A stretch of 64,000 nucleotides of DNA from Centroscyllium fabricii (lineage: Eukaryota): positions 2,728,001 through 2,792,000 of the forward strand of contig JBNRSN020000089.1 in NCBI GenBank assembly GCA_051313645.2, given 5' to 3'. Shown one piece after another: positions 59,590 to 64,000 of the stretch. Within the stretch, counting starts at the first letter, position 1. Every line of letters begins with the position of its first letter. Below the pieces are notes generated by a model. The model was not told the DNA's origin. It worked only from the letters and a program-made list of their open reading frames with translations, and searched no databases. The position numbers were made by a program, and so were the translations under genes.

Positions 59590-62500
59590 GTCCATCTGTG
59601 AACAATACATCAGACATTGTCCATCTGTGTACAACTCATCAGACAATATCCATCTGTGTACAATCCATCAGACAATATACATTTGTGTACAATACTTCAG
59701 AGAATATCCATCTGTGTACAGTACGTCGGACAATATCTATCTGTGAACAATATATCAGACAATGTCCATCTGTGTACAATATATCAGATATTATCCATCT
59801 GTGTACAATACATCAGAAAATGTCCATCTGTGTACAATGCATCAGACAATGTCCATCTGTTAACAATACATCAGACAATATCAATCTGTGTACAAAACTT
59901 CAGACATTGTCCATCTGTGTACAATACATCAGACAATATCCATCTGTGATCAATACATCAGACAATGTCCATCTGGGAACAATACATCAGAAAATGTCCA
60001 TTTGTGAACAATACATAAGAAAATATCCATCTGTGTACAGTACATGAGACAATGTCCATCTGTGTACAATACATCAGAAAATGTCCATCTGTGAACAATA
60101 CATAAGACATTATCCACCTGTATACAATACATCAGACATTATCCATCTGTGTACAATACATCAGATATTATACACCTGTGAACAATACATCAGACAATAT
60201 CCATCTGTGTACAATACATCAGACAAATGTCCATCTGTGTACAATATATCAGACAATATCCATCAGTGTACAATACATCAGACAATGTCCATCTGTGTGC
60301 AATACATCAGACAATATCTATCTGTGAACAAAATATCAGAAAATGTCCATCTGTGCACAATACATAAGACATTATCAATCTGAGTACAATACATCTGACA
60401 ATATCCATCTGTGTAGAATACATCAGACAATATCCATCTCTGAATAATACATCAGACAATGTCCATCTGTGTACAATCCATCAGACAATATACAATTGTG
60501 TACAATACTTCAGATAATGTCCATCTGTGTACAGTACGTCGGACAATATCAATCTGTGAATAATACATCAGACAATGTCCATCTGTGTACAATACATCAG
60601 ACGTTGTCCATCTGTTTACAATATATCAGACATTATCCATCTGTGTTCAATACATCAGAAAATGTCCATTTGTACAATGCATCAGACAATGTCCATCTGT
60701 GAACAATATATCAGACAGTATCCATCTGTGTACAAAACATCAGCCATTGTCCATCTGTGTACAATACATCAGACAATATCCATCTGTGTACAATACATTA
60801 GAAATTGTCCGTCTGTGTACAATACATCAGACAATGTCCATTTGTGAACAATACATCTGACAATGTCCATCTGTGTACAGAACATCAGACAATGTCCATC
60901 TGTGAACAATACATCAGACAATATCCATCTGTGTACAATACATCAGACAATGTCCATCTGTGAACAATACATCAGACAATGTCCATCTGTAGCAATACAT
61001 CAGACATTGTCCATCTGTGTACAATACATCAGACATTGTCCATCTGTGAACAATACATCAGACATTTTCCATCTGTGTACAACACATCAGACAATATCCA
61101 TCTGTGTACAATATATCAGACAATGTCCATCTGTGCACAACACCTCAGACAATATCCATCTGTTTACAATACATCAGGGAATGCCCATCTGTGTTCAGTA
61201 CATCGGACAATATCTATCTGTGAACAATACATCAGACAATGTCCATCTGTGTACAATACATCAGAAAATATCCATCTGTGTACAATACATCAGACAATGT
61301 CCAACTGTGGACAACATATCAGACAATGTCCATCTGTGTACAATACATCAGTCAATGTCCATCTGTGTACAATACAGCAGACAATATGCATCTGTGAACA
61401 ATACATCAGACAATGTCCATCTGTGTACAAAACATCAGACAATTTCCACCTGTGAACAATACATCAGACAATATCCATCTGTGTACAATACATCAGCCAA
61501 TGTCCATCTGTGCACATTACATCAGACAATGTCCATCTGTGAACAATACATCAGACAATGTCCATCTGTGTACAATACATCAGACGTTCTCCATCTGTGT
61601 ACAATATATCAGACTTTATCCATCTGTTTACAATACATCAGAAAATGTCCATCTGTGTACAATGCATCCGACAATGTCCATCTGTGAACAATACATCAGA
61701 CAATATCCATCTGTGTGCAAAACATCAGACATTGTCCATCTGTGTACAATACATCAGAAATTATCCATCTGTGTACAATACATCAGACATTGTCCGTCTG
61801 TGTACAATACATCAGACAATGTCCATCTGTGAACAATACATCAGACAATGTCCATCTGTGTACAATACATCAAACAATGTCCATCTGTGAACAATACATC
61901 TGAAAATATCCATCTGTGTACAATACATCAGACAATGTCCATCTGTGAACAATTTATCAGACAATGTCCATCTGTGAACAATACATCAGACATTGTCCAT
62001 CTGTGTACAATACATCAGACATTGTCCATCAGTGTACAATACATCAGACATTGTCCATCTGTGTACAATACATCAGACAATATCCACCTGTGTACAGTAT
62101 ATCAGACAATGTCCATCTGTGAACAATACATCAGATAATGTCCATCTGTGTACAATATATCAGACAATGTCCATCTGTGTACAATACATCAGACAATATC
62201 TATCTGTGAACAATAAATCAGATAATGTCCATCTGTTTAAAATACATCAGAAAATGTCCATCTGTGAACAATCCATAAGACAATATCCATCTGTGAACAA
62301 TACATCAGACTTTGTCCATCTGTGTACAACACATCAGACAATATCCATCTGTGTACAATCTATCAGACAATATCCATTTGTGTACAATACTTCAGAGAAT
62401 ATCCATCTGTGTACAGTACGTCGGACAATATCTATCTGTGAACAATATATCAGACAATGTCCTTCTGTGTACAATATATCAGATATTATCCATCTGTGTA

Positions 62501-64000
62501 CAATACATCAGAAAATGTCCATCTGTGTACAATGCATCAGACAATGTCCATCTGTTAACAATACATCAGACAATATCAATCTGTGTACAATACTTCAGAT
62601 ATTGTCCGTCTGTGTACAATACATCAGACAATTTCCATCTGTGATCAATACATCAGACAATGTCCATCTGGGAACAATACATCAGAAAATGTCCATTTGT
62701 GAACAATACATAAGAAAATATCCATCTGTGTACAGTACATCAGACAATGTCCATCTGTGTACAATACATCAGAAAATGTCCATCTGTGAACAATACATAA
62801 GACATTATCCATCTGTATACAATACATCAGACATTATCCATCTGTGTACAATACATCAGACATTATCCACCTATGAACAATACATCAGACAATATCCATC
62901 TGTGTACAATACATCAGACAAATGTCCATCTGTGTACAATACATCAGACAATATCCATCAGTGTACAATACATCAGACATTGTCCATCGGTGTACAATAC
63001 ATCAGACAATATCTATCTGTGAACAATATATCAGAAAATGTCCATCTGTGCACAATACATAAGACATTATCAATCTGAGTACAATACATCTGACATTATC
63101 CATCTGTGTAGAATACATCAGACAATATCCATCTCTGAATAATACATCAGACAATGTCCATCTGTGTACAATCCATCAGACAATATACATCTGTGTACAA
63201 TACTTCAGAGAATGTCCATCTGTGTACAGTACGTCGGACAATATCCATCTGTGAATAATATATCAGGCAATGTCCATCTGTGTACAATACATCAGACGTT
63301 GTCCATCTGTTTACAATATATCAGACATTATCCATCTGTGTACAATACATCAGAAAATGTCCATTTGTACAATGCATCAGACAATGTCCATCTGTGAACA
63401 ATATATCAGAGAGTATCCATCTGTGTACAAAACATCAGACATTGTCCATCTGTGTAGAATACATCAGACAATATCCATCTGTGTACAATACATCAGACAT
63501 TGTCCGTCTGTGTACAATACATCAGACAATGTCCATCTGTGAACAATACATCTGACAATGTCCATCTGTGTTCAAAACATCAGACAATGTCCATCTGTGA
63601 ACAATACATCAGACAATATCCATCTGTGTACAATACATCAGACAATGTCCATCTGTGAACAATACATCAGACAATGTCCATCTGTAGCAATACATCAGAC
63701 ATTGTCCATCTGTGTACAATGAATCAGGCATTGTCCATCTGTGAACAATACATCAGACATTTTCCATCTGTGTACAACACATCAGACAATATCCATCTGT
63801 GTACAATACATCAGACAATGTCCATCTGTGCACAACCCATCAGACAATATCCATCTGTTTACAATACATCAGAGAATGCCCATCTGTGTTCTGTACATCG
63901 GACAATATCTATCTGTGAACAATACATCAGACAATGTCCATCTGTGTACAATACATCAGAAAATATCCATCTGTGTACAATACATCGGACAATGTCCATC
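59590..64000 (+). repeat. 2695-bp (93-monomer) tandem duplication, second copy running off the window
   Basis: Offsets 59617->62312, 59950->62645 and 60469->63164. Confidence 0.82.

Larger units (their letters stand above)
1..64000 (+). repeat. Satellite DNA array, 29-bp monomer GACAWTRTCCATCTGTGWACAATACATCA, head-to-tail, running off both window ends
   Basis: The 29-bp period is visible throughout, and ORF translations repeat every 29 aa (87 nt = 3 monomers). No inverted block seen. Only six non-satellite islands (about 2.1 kb in total) interrupt it. Confidence 0.99.

Noticed and set aside
247-63555. Hundreds of Cys/His-rich ORFs as repeat or zinc-finger proteins
   Set aside because: They are overlapping translations of the same satellite in all three frames, with no C2H2 spacing, no frame preference and no unique domains.
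1-64000. CRISPR array (29-bp repeat with partial palindrome)
   Set aside because: Repeats abut directly with no unique spacers, there is no leader or cas gene, and the inserts are vertebrate retroposons.
1-64000. Nucleosome-length higher-order unit (5 x 29 = 145 bp)
   Set aside because: I saw no 5-monomer periodicity in the variant pattern, and the numerical coincidence alone is not evidence.

Overview
This window is eukaryotic satellite DNA and I find no host genes in it. About 97% is one head-to-tail, single-orientation array of a 29-bp monomer (consensus GACAWTRTCCATCTGTGWACAATACATCA, about 38% GC, roughly 2,100 copies). Six retroposon islands interrupt it, all on the + strand and all within the first 18 kb. 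Four are copies of a 325-bp tRNA-derived V-SINE resembling the elasmobranch HE1 family. Two are copies of a ~408-bp 5'-truncated CR1-clade LINE (HER1-like) that shares a 3' stem-loop and (ATTCTATG)n tail with the SINE, which suggests a shark or ray genome (inference). The six islands trace to only two insertion events, multiplied by nested tandem duplications of 2.42, 9.8 and 3.66 kb. The empty pre-insertion site of the LINE survives at 23098-23101. The hundreds of ORFs are by-products of a 29-mer with no + strand stop codon, and the only protein-derived sequence is the LINE ORF2 C-terminus. I could not support a novel protein-coding system. The best leads are the readable duplication history, the shared insertion phase of SINE and LINE, the covarying 3' hairpin, and the dyad/dimer structure of the monomer. 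All comparisons were made by eye, so counts and duplication boundaries are approximate.
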